Of a DNA stretch of 64,000 nt, positions 19,184-27,667 are shown in pieces (position 1 is the first letter of the stretch; every line of letters begins with the position of its first letter). The stretch comes from Spirochaetota bacterium (lineage in GTDB: Bacteria > Spirochaetota > UBA4802 > UBA5550): the NCBI GenBank assembly GCA_050298055.1, contig JBNKTL010000013.1:30447-94446 (forward strand). Direction: 5' to 3'. A model generated the notes under the pieces. It was not told the DNA's origin, did no database searches, and worked only from the letters and a program-made list of their open reading frames with translations. The position numbers and the translations under genes are program-made.

Positions 19184-20154
19184 TACGCCACCCCCCTTCT
19201 CATCATGAGGACAAGGAAAAATATCCCCCCGAAAAAACCCGTGATGACACCGATGGGTATTTCGTAGGGAGGGGCAATACTCCTGCCCAGCATATCACAG
19301 AGAGCGAGAAAGACGGCCCCGGTTACCGCCGAGAAAAGGAGAAGCCTGCCGTGATCGGGACCGAAAATATTCCTGGTTATGTGCGGTATGATAAGCCCCA
19401 CAAAACCGATGACTCCCGCAAGGGACACGGAGAGGGCGGCCAGGAGTGAAGCGATCCAGAAAAGACTTTTAACGTCCTTCTGTGACACCCCCATGGACTG
19501 CGCCAGTTCGTCCCCGAAAGCTATGATATTCAGGTGCCGGTGATATGTAAAGGCAAAGACGATAATAACGAGGGACAATAATGCCGCCCTTCCCATCATT
19601 TCATACCGGGCTATGGAGAGGTCCCCCATGAGCCACATGAGCGCTTTATGGACCTGCTGGGAGGGCGAAAGGGCAAAGATCAGAAGCACCGTTGCCCAGA
19701 GGATAAAGCTGAGGGAAATTCCCGCAAGGATCAGCGTTGAGGAACCGAACCGTCTCCGCCTGGACACCATGTAGATAAATGATGCCGCCCCGAGACTTCC
19801 CATGAGGGCGCCGGATAAAATAAAAAGACTGCTTTTTGAAAAAATAATACCGAAACACGCCCCCAGGGAAGCGCCGCTGGAAACGCCGATCATATAGGGG
19901 TCCGCGAGGGGGTTCTTCAGAATAGACTGAAAGATAACGCCGCTCACCGCCAGGGAGGAACCGATAAGAAGGGCCATCCCCAGGCGGGGGACCCTGAGAC
20001 TGAGGAGCACCCTCATTTCATTTGTTTCCGGCCTTCCCTGCAGGGTCTTGATAATATTCGCCGGGGATATAAAGGAGGACCCCAGGGAGAGTGACAGCAG
20101 AATGATCACACCCCCAGCAAGCAGCAGGAGAATATACCTGGATTTATTGCTCAT
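19183..20154 (-). CDS. FecCD/BtuC-family ABC permease
   Basis: LRVPR, NPLADP..IGVSSGA, GVIGFVGLIIPH, EIPIGVIT. Confidence 0.94.
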   Translation of the reverse strand: MSNKSRYILLLLAGGVIILLSLSLGSSFISPANIIKTLQGRPETNEMRVLLSLRVPRLGMALLIGSSLAVSGVIFQSILKNPLADPYMIGVSSGASLGACFGIIFSKSSLFILSGALMGSLGAASFIYMVSRRRRFGSSTLILAGISLSFILWATVLLIFALSPSQQVHKALMWLMGDLSIARYEMMGRAALLSLVIIVFAFTYHRHLNIIAFGDELAQSMGVSQKDVKSLFWIASLLAALSVSLAGVIGFVGLIIPHITRNIFGPDHGRLLLFSAVTGAVFLALCDMLGRSIAPPYEIPIGVITGFFGGIFFLVLMMRRGVA

Positions 20155-21052
20155 TAAGTTTTTCCTTCTCTCTTTTAATGATCCCCGTTACCTGTTCAAC
20201 GGATTTCACATAATCTCCCGGTGTATAGAGGCAGATGTTTTCAGATTTCAAGGGATAGATACTTTTGTTTTTCATGACTTTTAAGTCCGGGAAGTCTTTC
20301 AACGATCTTACCAGGGACCTGTTGTTTGTTCCCGTATGGTACAAAATTGAGACGATAATATCGGGATCAAGTTTTACCAGGTGCTCCAGGGAGAGTTTCG
20401 GATAGGGACGGCCCAGAAGCCTCATACTGTTTATCCCCCCCGCGTCATTGATGACCTTCCCGATATAGGTAACGTTGCTCACTCCCACAATGGGTGTGTT
20501 TGACACAAGGAGCGCGATGGACGGTTTACTGCCGACTGAAATTATTGAGTCCAGCTTCTTCCTGTATTCTTTGAGTTTTTTCTCTGCCAGTTTTCTCTTC
20601 CGGATAATTGTTGCAAGTTCAAGATAATTCTCACAGATTGAATCAAAACTGCGGTTTCTTCCAAATTTATGGACCGCAATCTTCGTGGCCTTCAACATGT
20701 CAACAAACTGGACCACGTTGTCCTCTTCGGACATAAAGACAATATCCGGTTTTAATTTTACGATCTCTTCGATATTCGGCCGCACCAGTGTTCCCACTAT
20801 TTTGATCTTCCGCGTCAGGGGAGGATGATAGGATGTGACCCCCACAAGAAGGTGTTCCGATTCAAGATCAATGACCTGGCGTGTTATCGCGGGCGAAAGG
20901 GCGATGATCCTATTGACATTGCCGGCTGTTTTTGAAACTGCCGGTTTCTCATCCGGGGGGAAGAGAAAAACAGAGAAAGAGACCAGGAGGAGTAAAGGAA
21001 TTTGATATAACCGGATCTTCTTCAGGTGTATTAATAATATACTCAGTTTCAT
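20144..21052 (-). CDS. Helical-backbone periplasmic binding protein (BtuF-like)
   Basis: RIIALSPAIT, LVGVTSY, PNIEEIVKLKPD, LSLEHLVKLDPDII. Confidence 0.9.
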   Translation of the reverse strand: MKLSILLIHLKKIRLYQIPLLLLVSFSVFLFPPDEKPAVSKTAGNVNRIIALSPAITRQVIDLESEHLLVGVTSYHPPLTRKIKIVGTLVRPNIEEIVKLKPDIVFMSEEDNVVQFVDMLKATKIAVHKFGRNRSFDSICENYLELATIIRKRKLAEKKLKEYRKKLDSIISVGSKPSIALLVSNTPIVGVSNVTYIGKVINDAGGINSMRLLGRPYPKLSLEHLVKLDPDIIVSILYHTGTNNRSLVRSLKDFPDLKVMKNKSIYPLKSENICLYTPGDYVKSVEQVTGIIKREKEKLNEQ

Positions 21053-21064
21053 AGTGGATGCCGT

Positions 21065-21703
21065 TTAATATATTAAATTCAGGTTGTATACAAGCTGGAC
21101 ATTAAATTCCATGTTCTCATCCAGATAGACATCGGGAAAGGAGGGAAAAGGAAGCGATTTGTATATTGTCTTTACCCCCGCCCTGTTCAGCATTTCATGT
21201 TCACAGCCCTTTACAAGCTTTACGGAACCTGCCAGTGTTCCGTCCTTCCTCAGAATAAATCTCAATACAACAACTCCCTCCTGGTTCATGCGCCGGGCAG
21301 TAAGAGGATAGTATTTCATCCTCTGGATTCTCGAGAGGACCCTGCTTTTATATGTCTTCATGATCTTTTCCACGGGATTTTTTGAGAGGGAGGCGGGCGC
21401 CGGGGAGTTTCTGTTCTTTTCCGCCCCGGTTTTTCCCGCAGGCAGATCTCCCGGTTTTTTAAAAGCACTTTTTTCCCGGTCATCATTCTTGTTATCTTTC
21501 AAGTGACGAAATTCATGATGCCGCCCGTTATCATTAATGCTGAAGTTAATGAAAGTGAAACCGGCTTTTTTTGAAGGGAGCTCAATCTCCTTATCTGTCC
21601 GCCCGGACCGGGGATAGATGATTACAAGGTGTAATACCATTGATGCTATTAACGCGTAAAGGAATACCCTGTCCCGGCTTTTATTATTTGCCATTACTTT
21701 CAT
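21065..21703 (-). CDS. tonB: TonB-family energy transducer
   Basis: N-terminal TM with S..LH; C-terminal YPLTARRMNQEGVVVLRFIL..DG. Confidence 0.88.
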   Translation of the reverse strand: MKVMANNKSRDRVFLYALIASMVLHLVIIYPRSGRTDKEIELPSKKAGFTFINFSINDNGRHHEFRHLKDNKNDDREKSAFKKPGDLPAGKTGAEKNRNSPAPASLSKNPVEKIMKTYKSRVLSRIQRMKYYPLTARRMNQEGVVVLRFILRKDGTLAGSVKLVKGCEHEMLNRAGVKTIYKSLPFPSFPDVYLDENMEFNVQLVYNLNLIY

Positions 21704-22088
21704 GCGCGAGGCTGATCTCCTTTGCTCCGGAACTTTTTATTATTCCCATAATATTAATAAATTTTTTATAGAGTATATTTTCATCACCCTGGAAGATTAT
21801 TTTCTTCTTCTGCGTTTTTTCCAGCTTCTGTTTTAAGAGTGACGGGAACAGTTCAGCCTCCACTTCATTTCTGTTGAGAAAGATCTTTCCCTCTTTGTCA
21901 ACGGAAACGATAATCTCCCGGTTTTTTGCTTTTTCCCTGCTTCCGGCCACGGGAAGTTTCAGGGATATTGCGGGCCGGAGAAAAGACGATGTGAGTAAAA
22001 AGAAGAGAAGAAGCATGAACATAACATCCAGCAGCGGTGCAACGTCCGGTTTAATTGATGATTTTTTGGCCCTCCTGAAACTTTTCAC
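21684..22088 (-). CDS. exbD: Biopolymer transport protein ExbD
   Basis: APLLDVMFMLLLFFL TM motif; I.LP; GDENI.Y. Confidence 0.92.
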   Translation of the reverse strand: MKSFRRAKKSSIKPDVAPLLDVMFMLLLFFLLTSSFLRPAISLKLPVAGSREKAKNREIIVSVDKEGKIFLNRNEVEAELFPSLLKQKLEKTQKKKIIFQGDENILYKKFINIMGIIKSSGAKEISLAHESNGK

Positions 22089-22705
22089 CCCTGGCTTCTC
22101 TCCTTATCGTCAAAAAATATATTCAGTTCTGAAATCAGGTGCTGCATTTCATCGGACCTCTTGTTCACAAGAGTGTCAAAATAATGATGAAGCGCCGTTA
22201 CGGGAATTGCCACAATCAGCCCGAAGGCAGTTGTCAAAAGGGCCTCCCAGATTCCGCCTGCAAGCTGAGTCACATCCGCCTGCCCTCCTATTGAGTAAAT
22301 CTCCTGGAAACATTTAATCATGCCGATCACCGTACCCAGCAGACCCATGAGAGGTGTCAGGTGCGCTATTGCCGATAAAGACGGAAGCCTTGTTTCAAGT
22401 TTTTTTAACTCTTCGCTGCCGCGCTGGTAGAGTATTTCTTCCAGCTTTTTTTTCCTTGTTTTATAATTTGTGAGATAAGCCCCGGTTATTTCTCCGAAGA
22501 CAGTCCCGCTGTTTATTGCAAATCCAATAGCGCCCTGTATGTCATCAGCCCCCAGGAACGACTTTAAATCGTTAAGGAATTTACTATAAGAATTCCCTGT
22601 CCGTAAATAATAGAGTGATCTCTCAATTGCCACGGCTACGGCAACAACCGAACAGACCAGGATGGCATACATGACCCATCCGCCCCTGTTTAACATATCA
22701 AGCAT
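22085..22705 (-). CDS. exbB: MotA/TolQ/ExbB proton channel protein
   Basis: PLMGLLGTVIGMI, LAGGIWEALLTTAFGLIVAIP. Confidence 0.93.
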   Translation of the reverse strand: MLDMLNRGGWVMYAILVCSVVAVAVAIERSLYYLRTGNSYSKFLNDLKSFLGADDIQGAIGFAINSGTVFGEITGAYLTNYKTRKKKLEEILYQRGSEELKKLETRLPSLSAIAHLTPLMGLLGTVIGMIKCFQEIYSIGGQADVTQLAGGIWEALLTTAFGLIVAIPVTALHHYFDTLVNKRSDEMQHLISELNIFFDDKERSQG

Positions 22706-22780
22706 TAAAAAACCTCAAAAGTTAATAATTTTTACAACCACTCAACTATACAGAGCCGGGTAGTTTCTCCTCATATTAAT

Positions 22781-22811
22781 AAAAAAACCCGGACCAGTAA
22801 CGCGGCCCGGG
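22781..22811 (-). terminator. Intrinsic terminator in the riboswitch leader (candidate expression platform)
   Basis: Minus strand CCCGGGCC-gcgttact-GGTCCGGG followed by a T7 run, between the aptamer and exbB. Confidence 0.75.
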
Positions 22812-22876
22812 GATTCCCTTTTCTCTCCTCAAGTCAAGTGAACACGCTTTCTTCCCTCGAAAATCCGGTGTTCATC

Positions 22877-23056
22877 TATACAGGCAGGTCTTCTGGTTTC
22901 CGGATCATCCTACTGACCGCGCCTTCCCGTAAGCCTTGCCCGGTTAAAGGTCTGCTTACAGTGGCTTCCCTGCGGTTTTCGTCCCCGGCTACAGCGGCGG
23001 GTCCACACCCGATTTTGACGGGTTTCCCTCTTAGCTCACTGATGAGAACCTGTATA
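22877..23056 (-). promoter_or_regulatory. Cobalamin (B12) riboswitch
   Basis: Minus strand TATACAGGTT...AAGAGGGAAACCCGT...CCCGCCGCTGT...GCCACTG...GGGAAGG...CCAGAAGACCTGCCTGTATA; P1 ends TATACAGG/CCTGTATA pair; lies upstream of TonB/Btu-like genes. Confidence 0.93.
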
Positions 23057-23198
23057 TCATTAAATAAATATTATTTTAAAGATCAATAAAAACAACCTGC
23101 AACAAGCAAAAACCGCAGGGTAAATTTTGTCAATTTTATTCAGGCTTTATTCTAAAAAATTACTCATCTGCCATAAAGGCTTATTAACTTCCAGGTTG

Positions 23199-23293
23199 CT
23201 GTCATAGCGAGCAAAGCATGGCTATCTGTATTTAAATAACTGATTTTCTTGAGAAAACAGATCATTACGTCACTTCGTTCCTCATGATGACAG
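23199..23293. repeat. REP-like paired repeat, family 2, copy 2
   Basis: CTGTCATAGCGAGCAAAGCATGGCTATCTGT ... ACAGATCATTACGTCACTTCGTTCCTCATGATGACAG. Confidence 0.75.
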
Positions 23294-23457
23294 AATGGCC
23301 TTTGACTCAAAACCTGAAACTAAACTAATCGCCTCCGTGGATAATCTTTTGATAATAATTTGTAAATCAAGTTTTGTAATTAATACTTAATTTTAATATT
23401 AGTTTGACAAATAAAAGAGCATGAATCAAGTATTAATTGAATTCACGGGAAAAAATT

Positions 23458-23925
23458 ATGCCAAAGGAAATACTCACAGAAGATATTGTTAAACTGATCA
23501 CAGAGGTCTTTGAGGAAAAAGTTCCCTTTAACAAAATCATTGGAATGAAGCTGGAACAGATTGAACCGGGCCATTCAAAAATATCCTTTGAAATGAAAGA
23601 TGATCTGATTGGAAATTTTGCCCTGGGTATTCTCCATGGGGGCGTTATATCGGCCACCCTGGATGTTGCAGGAGGTCTTACCGCTTTCCTGGGGGTCCTT
23701 GGCACCATGAAGGGAAAATCCTTCGAAGAACAGGTCGGGCGTTTTGCAAAGATAGGGACAATTGACCTCAGGGTGGATTACCTCCGTCCCGGGAAGGGAA
23801 AGCACTTTACCGCCAGCGGATCGGTCCTCAGGACCGGGAACAGGGTGGCAGTTACACGAATGGAACTCCACAATGAAAAGAACCTGCTCATAGCCCTGGG
23901 TACCGGGACCTATATTGTGGATTAG
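23458..23925 (+). CDS. PaaI/YigI-family hot-dog thioesterase
   Basis: LIGN...ILHGGVISATLD..GG, TIDLRVDYLRPG. Confidence 0.92.
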   Translation: MPKEILTEDIVKLITEVFEEKVPFNKIIGMKLEQIEPGHSKISFEMKDDLIGNFALGILHGGVISATLDVAGGLTAFLGVLGTMKGKSFEEQVGRFAKIGTIDLRVDYLRPGKGKHFTASGSVLRTGNRVAVTRMELHNEKNLLIALGTGTYIVD

Positions 23926-23978
23926 CGCTTCTCTTTTTCCAGGAGGCTCCTTACTCCCAACAAATCTGTGTTTCTTTA

Positions 23979-24237
23979 GCCCCCAAATCCCCCAGGGGGG
24001 GACTTAAGATTGCAATTGATAATTTAACAATATGTTATTAAACCAATCCTGTAAGTAAAATTGATAGAAAGTCTCATAAAGAAAGAACTGATTATAATAA
24101 TCATAGGATGACTTTTTGAAAAATAGAGGGATTGCAATACTTCATTTCACTATATATAAAAATAGTACAGTGATTGATAAAATATAAAGTATATTATTAA
24201 AAGTTTCAAGGTCCCCCTCTGGGGGATTTAGGGGGAC
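23979..24237. repeat. Inverted pair of short C/G-rich REP-like units around an AT-rich spacer
   Basis: GCCCCCAAATCCCCCAGGGGGGGACTT at ~23979-24006 and GGTCCCCCTCTGGGGGATTTAGGGGGA at ~24210-24237. Confidence 0.6.
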
Positions 24238-24257
24238 CTTTGTGGGGAGAAATGCTT

Positions 24258-25520
24258 TCAGGAAAAAAGGTCTGATATCTTTTCATGTATGTCGCTGAAT
24301 ATGTCGGGAAGCTGGCATTCTTCGTTTATCATCCCGGTGAGTTTTTTCCCGATCCCGATCAGTTTTTCATCATCAAGGGTCCTGCTCCCCGATTCAATGA
24401 TCCCCCGGGCGAGCCCCGGGAAGAGAACAAGCAGGCCGGATTCATCAACCTGGATGAATTCCCTGATTCCCCGGTTTGTTATAAGATCCCTGTCGATCTC
24501 ACTTTCATCCAGAAGAGAGATAATATTCAGGCCGGGCCTGATTTTTTCAAAGTTCTCATGGGTGAAGCAGTTCTTCAGAAGAATGACAATGTCCGTGTTC
24601 CCGAAGATATTGTCCAGGGTTGTGGCGAGGCCCCCGTTATTTTCAAAAGTCAGCATCTTTTTCTCATTGTGATCATATCCCAGAACCCTGTAAAAACCGG
24701 CCTTTAAAAATATCCGGGCACAGCGCATTGCCACAAAATCAATACCCACAATACCTATTGCGGTCTCTGCGGGTTTAAGTCTTTTTTTTGAAGCAATTTT
24801 GCTGATTGTTGATAGAAGGTAGAGGGGGATATCATCATATCTCTTCGATGTGACCGGAAGATTAATATCCGAATATATCTGATCGTAGGAAAGTGATTCC
24901 GTATCGTCAATCTCGATAAATCTCAGGGAGGAGAATGAGTTTTCTATCCGTTGAACGGCTTTGATCAGGTCATCCAGCTGCCTGAAATTAATGATCAGGG
25001 GAATTGGATTCAGGTCGGTCATTCTGCTGATCACAACAGAGTCCCTTTCCGCCTCGGCATAGTATTTCAATTTTCTTACTCCGGCAGTTTCATCATCCTC
25101 CCTGACACAGCTTATGATGCCGATGTTCTTTGAAATACCGGAAAATTCAAGACCGGATCCTTTTTTTATTTTGCCCTGGATAAGCTCCGCGGCGCCGAGA
25201 AGCCCGATCTCATAATCAACCAGGTTCTCAAGGGGAAATTTTCCGGATACCCTGAGCAGCCCTCCCCTGATCTTTTCTTCCAGGGCATTGGCGACTTTAA
25301 TGACCCTGTACTTTCCGGGAAAGCTGTCCAGTTCATTGATCAGCTGAAGAAAACTGTTTCTCTTCCTGTAAACGATCTCCAGCCTGAACTGCTCATTCTT
25401 GTCAGAATCCATTACATATTCGGAATTCTGAATACCGCAGCCGCTTTTATAGATATCAAAAACAAGCTGGGGGAACATTCCCTTTTTTATTTCTATTATG
25501 ACTTCAGATAATAATCTCAA
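24258..25520 (-). CDS. Malic-enzyme-fold protein with N-terminal ACT-like domain, apparently catalytically degenerate
   Basis: Colinear by eye with ACT-MaeB enzymes (GGLLRVSGKFPLEN, NPIPLII, LPVT, LFPGLARGIIE, LPDIFS) but lacks YTPG, MEGK, LED, HDDQHGT and GAGAAG. Confidence 0.65.
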   Translation of the reverse strand: MRLLSEVIIEIKKGMFPQLVFDIYKSGCGIQNSEYVMDSDKNEQFRLEIVYRKRNSFLQLINELDSFPGKYRVIKVANALEEKIRGGLLRVSGKFPLENLVDYEIGLLGAAELIQGKIKKGSGLEFSGISKNIGIISCVREDDETAGVRKLKYYAEAERDSVVISRMTDLNPIPLIINFRQLDDLIKAVQRIENSFSSLRFIEIDDTESLSYDQIYSDINLPVTSKRYDDIPLYLLSTISKIASKKRLKPAETAIGIVGIDFVAMRCARIFLKAGFYRVLGYDHNEKKMLTFENNGGLATTLDNIFGNTDIVILLKNCFTHENFEKIRPGLNIISLLDESEIDRDLITNRGIREFIQVDESGLLVLFPGLARGIIESGSRTLDDEKLIGIGKKLTGMINEECQLPDIFSDIHEKISDLFS

Positions 25521-25531
25521 GAGATGTCCCC

Positions 25532-26527
25532 TTACTTAAGACGGGTAAATATCATTCTGCCCGCTGTTGTCTGCAGTACCGAAGTGACAGTTACATCAAC
25601 GTCCCTGTTCAGCATCTTTCTGCCGTTTTCAACAACGATCATTGTACCGTCATCCAGGTACCCGATTGCCTGGTCCGGGTCTTTCCCTTCTTTTATCAGC
25701 GATACATTCATCTCCTCCCCGGGAAGGACGATTGGTTTAAGGGAATTGGACAACTGGTTGATATTGAGTACGGGAACACCGTGAAATTCGGCAACCTTGT
25801 TGAGGTTATAATCGTTTGTGATGATCTTCGCATTCATGACCTTGCCAAGTTTCACAAGCTTGGCATCCACTTCAGATGTGTCTTTAAAATCCATATCCGA
25901 TATTTTTACCATAATTGACTGGTCCTTCTGCATTTTATTGAGGATATCGAGTCCTCTCCTGCCCCTGTTTCTCTTAATCGAATCGGCAGAATCGGCAATC
26001 ATCTGGAGTTCATTGAGCACGAAGTTTGGGATGACCAGTATGCCTTCAAGAAACCCGGTGTCGCAGATATCAGAGATCCTGCCGTCAATGATGACACTTG
26101 TGTCAAGAATCTTGTAGGATATTTCACTCCCTTTTTCATCTAAACCTGCGGGAAGGATCTTGTTGAAAAGACCAATGTTCTCATTATTTATAACAAAGAA
26201 CATCATCACGGCAAAACCGGAGATATGGTAGATCAGCGGTTGAATAATGCCGCTGTAGTCTTTAAGGGCTTCAATATTCATTGATGAAAAACCGAGACTG
26301 AGAAGATGACCGGTTATAAGCCCTGTGATAAGACCGATAATTGCAGAGAGAAGCAGCCTCACTGAGAAGGTGTGAGAAACATATTCCACAATCATTATTA
26401 TTATCAGTGAAACAATTGCGGCAATCAGCGCTGAAAGAAATGCGGTTTTCAGAGATATGTTGATATAGTATAAAAACGAAAAAACTGCCGAGGTCAATAT
26501 AAATAATATTCGAAATATAATAATCAT
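25532..26527 (-). CDS. Membrane PIN/TRAM domain protein (YacL-like)
   Basis: N-terminal TMs; [57 protein letters not shown]. Confidence 0.93.
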   Translation of the reverse strand: MIIIFRILFILTSAVFSFLYYINISLKTAFLSALIAAIVSLIIIMIVEYVSHTFSVRLLLSAIIGLITGLITGHLLSLGFSSMNIEALKDYSGIIQPLIYHISGFAVMMFFVINNENIGLFNKILPAGLDEKGSEISYKILDTSVIIDGRISDICDTGFLEGILVIPNFVLNELQMIADSADSIKRNRGRRGLDILNKMQKDQSIMVKISDMDFKDTSEVDAKLVKLGKVMNAKIITNDYNLNKVAEFHGVPVLNINQLSNSLKPIVLPGEEMNVSLIKEGKDPDQAIGYLDDGTMIVVENGRKMLNRDVDVTVTSVLQTTAGRMIFTRLK

Positions 26528-26564
26528 TATATAAAACTCCTTATAAAATGGTATAATATATATT

Positions 26565-26730
26565 GTAACAACTCAGCTATATAACTAAAAATATGTATAT
26601 TTAATAAAAACATCAACAATGTGTCCCCGCCGCCTTTGGCGGCGGGGACACATTAGCTATATTTTTTTTTGTTAATATGCCAATTTTAATATATTAACAA
26701 TATGATTATTCTTAAACATAGCTGAATCAC
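26565..26730. mobile_element. TIR + GC-hairpin miniature element, family 4, copy A
   Basis: GTAACAACTCAGCTAT ... TGTCCCCGCCGCC-ttt-GGCGGCGGGGACA ... ATAGCTGAAT. Confidence 0.75.
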
Positions 26731-27087
26731 CGGGATTATCCTGATAAAGAAAAAATTTTATGGAATAAAAGAATCAGGCAACAGTCCGGATTTTATTTAA
26801 ATGTATTTAAAAGATCAATAAATCAATCTGTCAGAAAGACAACAGATTATAAATTCTTTACAGTATCTAGACAATTACTCCGAAAGTGTATCATATAATA
26901 TTTTCTCTTGCAACACTTCAGAGCAAAAAAAACGATTTTTTTGGATTTTTTATAAAAAACCCGGGAAAACCGTTTCATTCAAAGAAAAAATGGAGCAATG
27001 TCATTAATAATGAACAATAACCAACTGATAAGTTACAGGGGAAAGCAGGCATGAGTAAAGAGAAAACGTGAAGAAAATAAAATACAG

Positions 27088-27585
27088 CTATTCCTTATCA
27101 GGCTTATATGAAGAGAGCGCTTCGGAAACAAAATTCCCCGCATCTTCAATATCAATTTTCTTTACCAGTGCTATTTCATGACAGAGAAGCTGATAAGCGT
27201 TCTCATACAGTTTCCTTTCCATAATTGAAAGTTCTTTTACCGAACCCCTCCTGAAAAGATCCCTGGCAACTTCCGCTACTTCAAAGATCGATCCGCTTTT
27301 TACTTTCTCTATATTGTTCTGGTATCTCTGCTTCCAGTCCTCTTCAAACTCAACCTTTCCCTTAGTTATGATCTTAACGACTTTTTTGATATCTTTCTTC
27401 GGGATGATGCTTCTGATACCGATAGTATCCGCATTTTTCACAGGTATCATCACCTTCATACCGCTGTTTATGATTGTAAACAGATAATATTCTGCTTTTT
27501 TACCTAAAACAACCTTTTTCTCAATTGCTTCGATTCTACCCACTCCATACATCGGATAGACTATTTCATCACCAACTTTATACAT
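27088..27585 (-). CDS. carD: CarD-family transcriptional regulator
   Basis: KVGDEIVYPMYGVGRI, MKVMIPV, DWKQRY, GSIFEVAEVARDL. Confidence 0.93.
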   Translation of the reverse strand: MYKVGDEIVYPMYGVGRIEAIEKKVVLGKKAEYYLFTIINSGMKVMIPVKNADTIGIRSIIPKKDIKKVVKIITKGKVEFEEDWKQRYQNNIEKVKSGSIFEVAEVARDLFRRGSVKELSIMERKLYENAYQLLCHEIALVKKIDIEDAGNFVSEALSSYKPDKE

Positions 27586-27667
27586 ATTCTTCTCCCTGTC
27601 TTCTGTTCACTCAAGATCACTCATCTATAGTAAACGGGTTTTAAATTTTATTAAAACCCGGAAACAT

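Noticed and set aside
22838..23089. 83-aa ORF on the plus strand
   Set aside because: It is antisense to the cobalamin riboswitch and has no protein features
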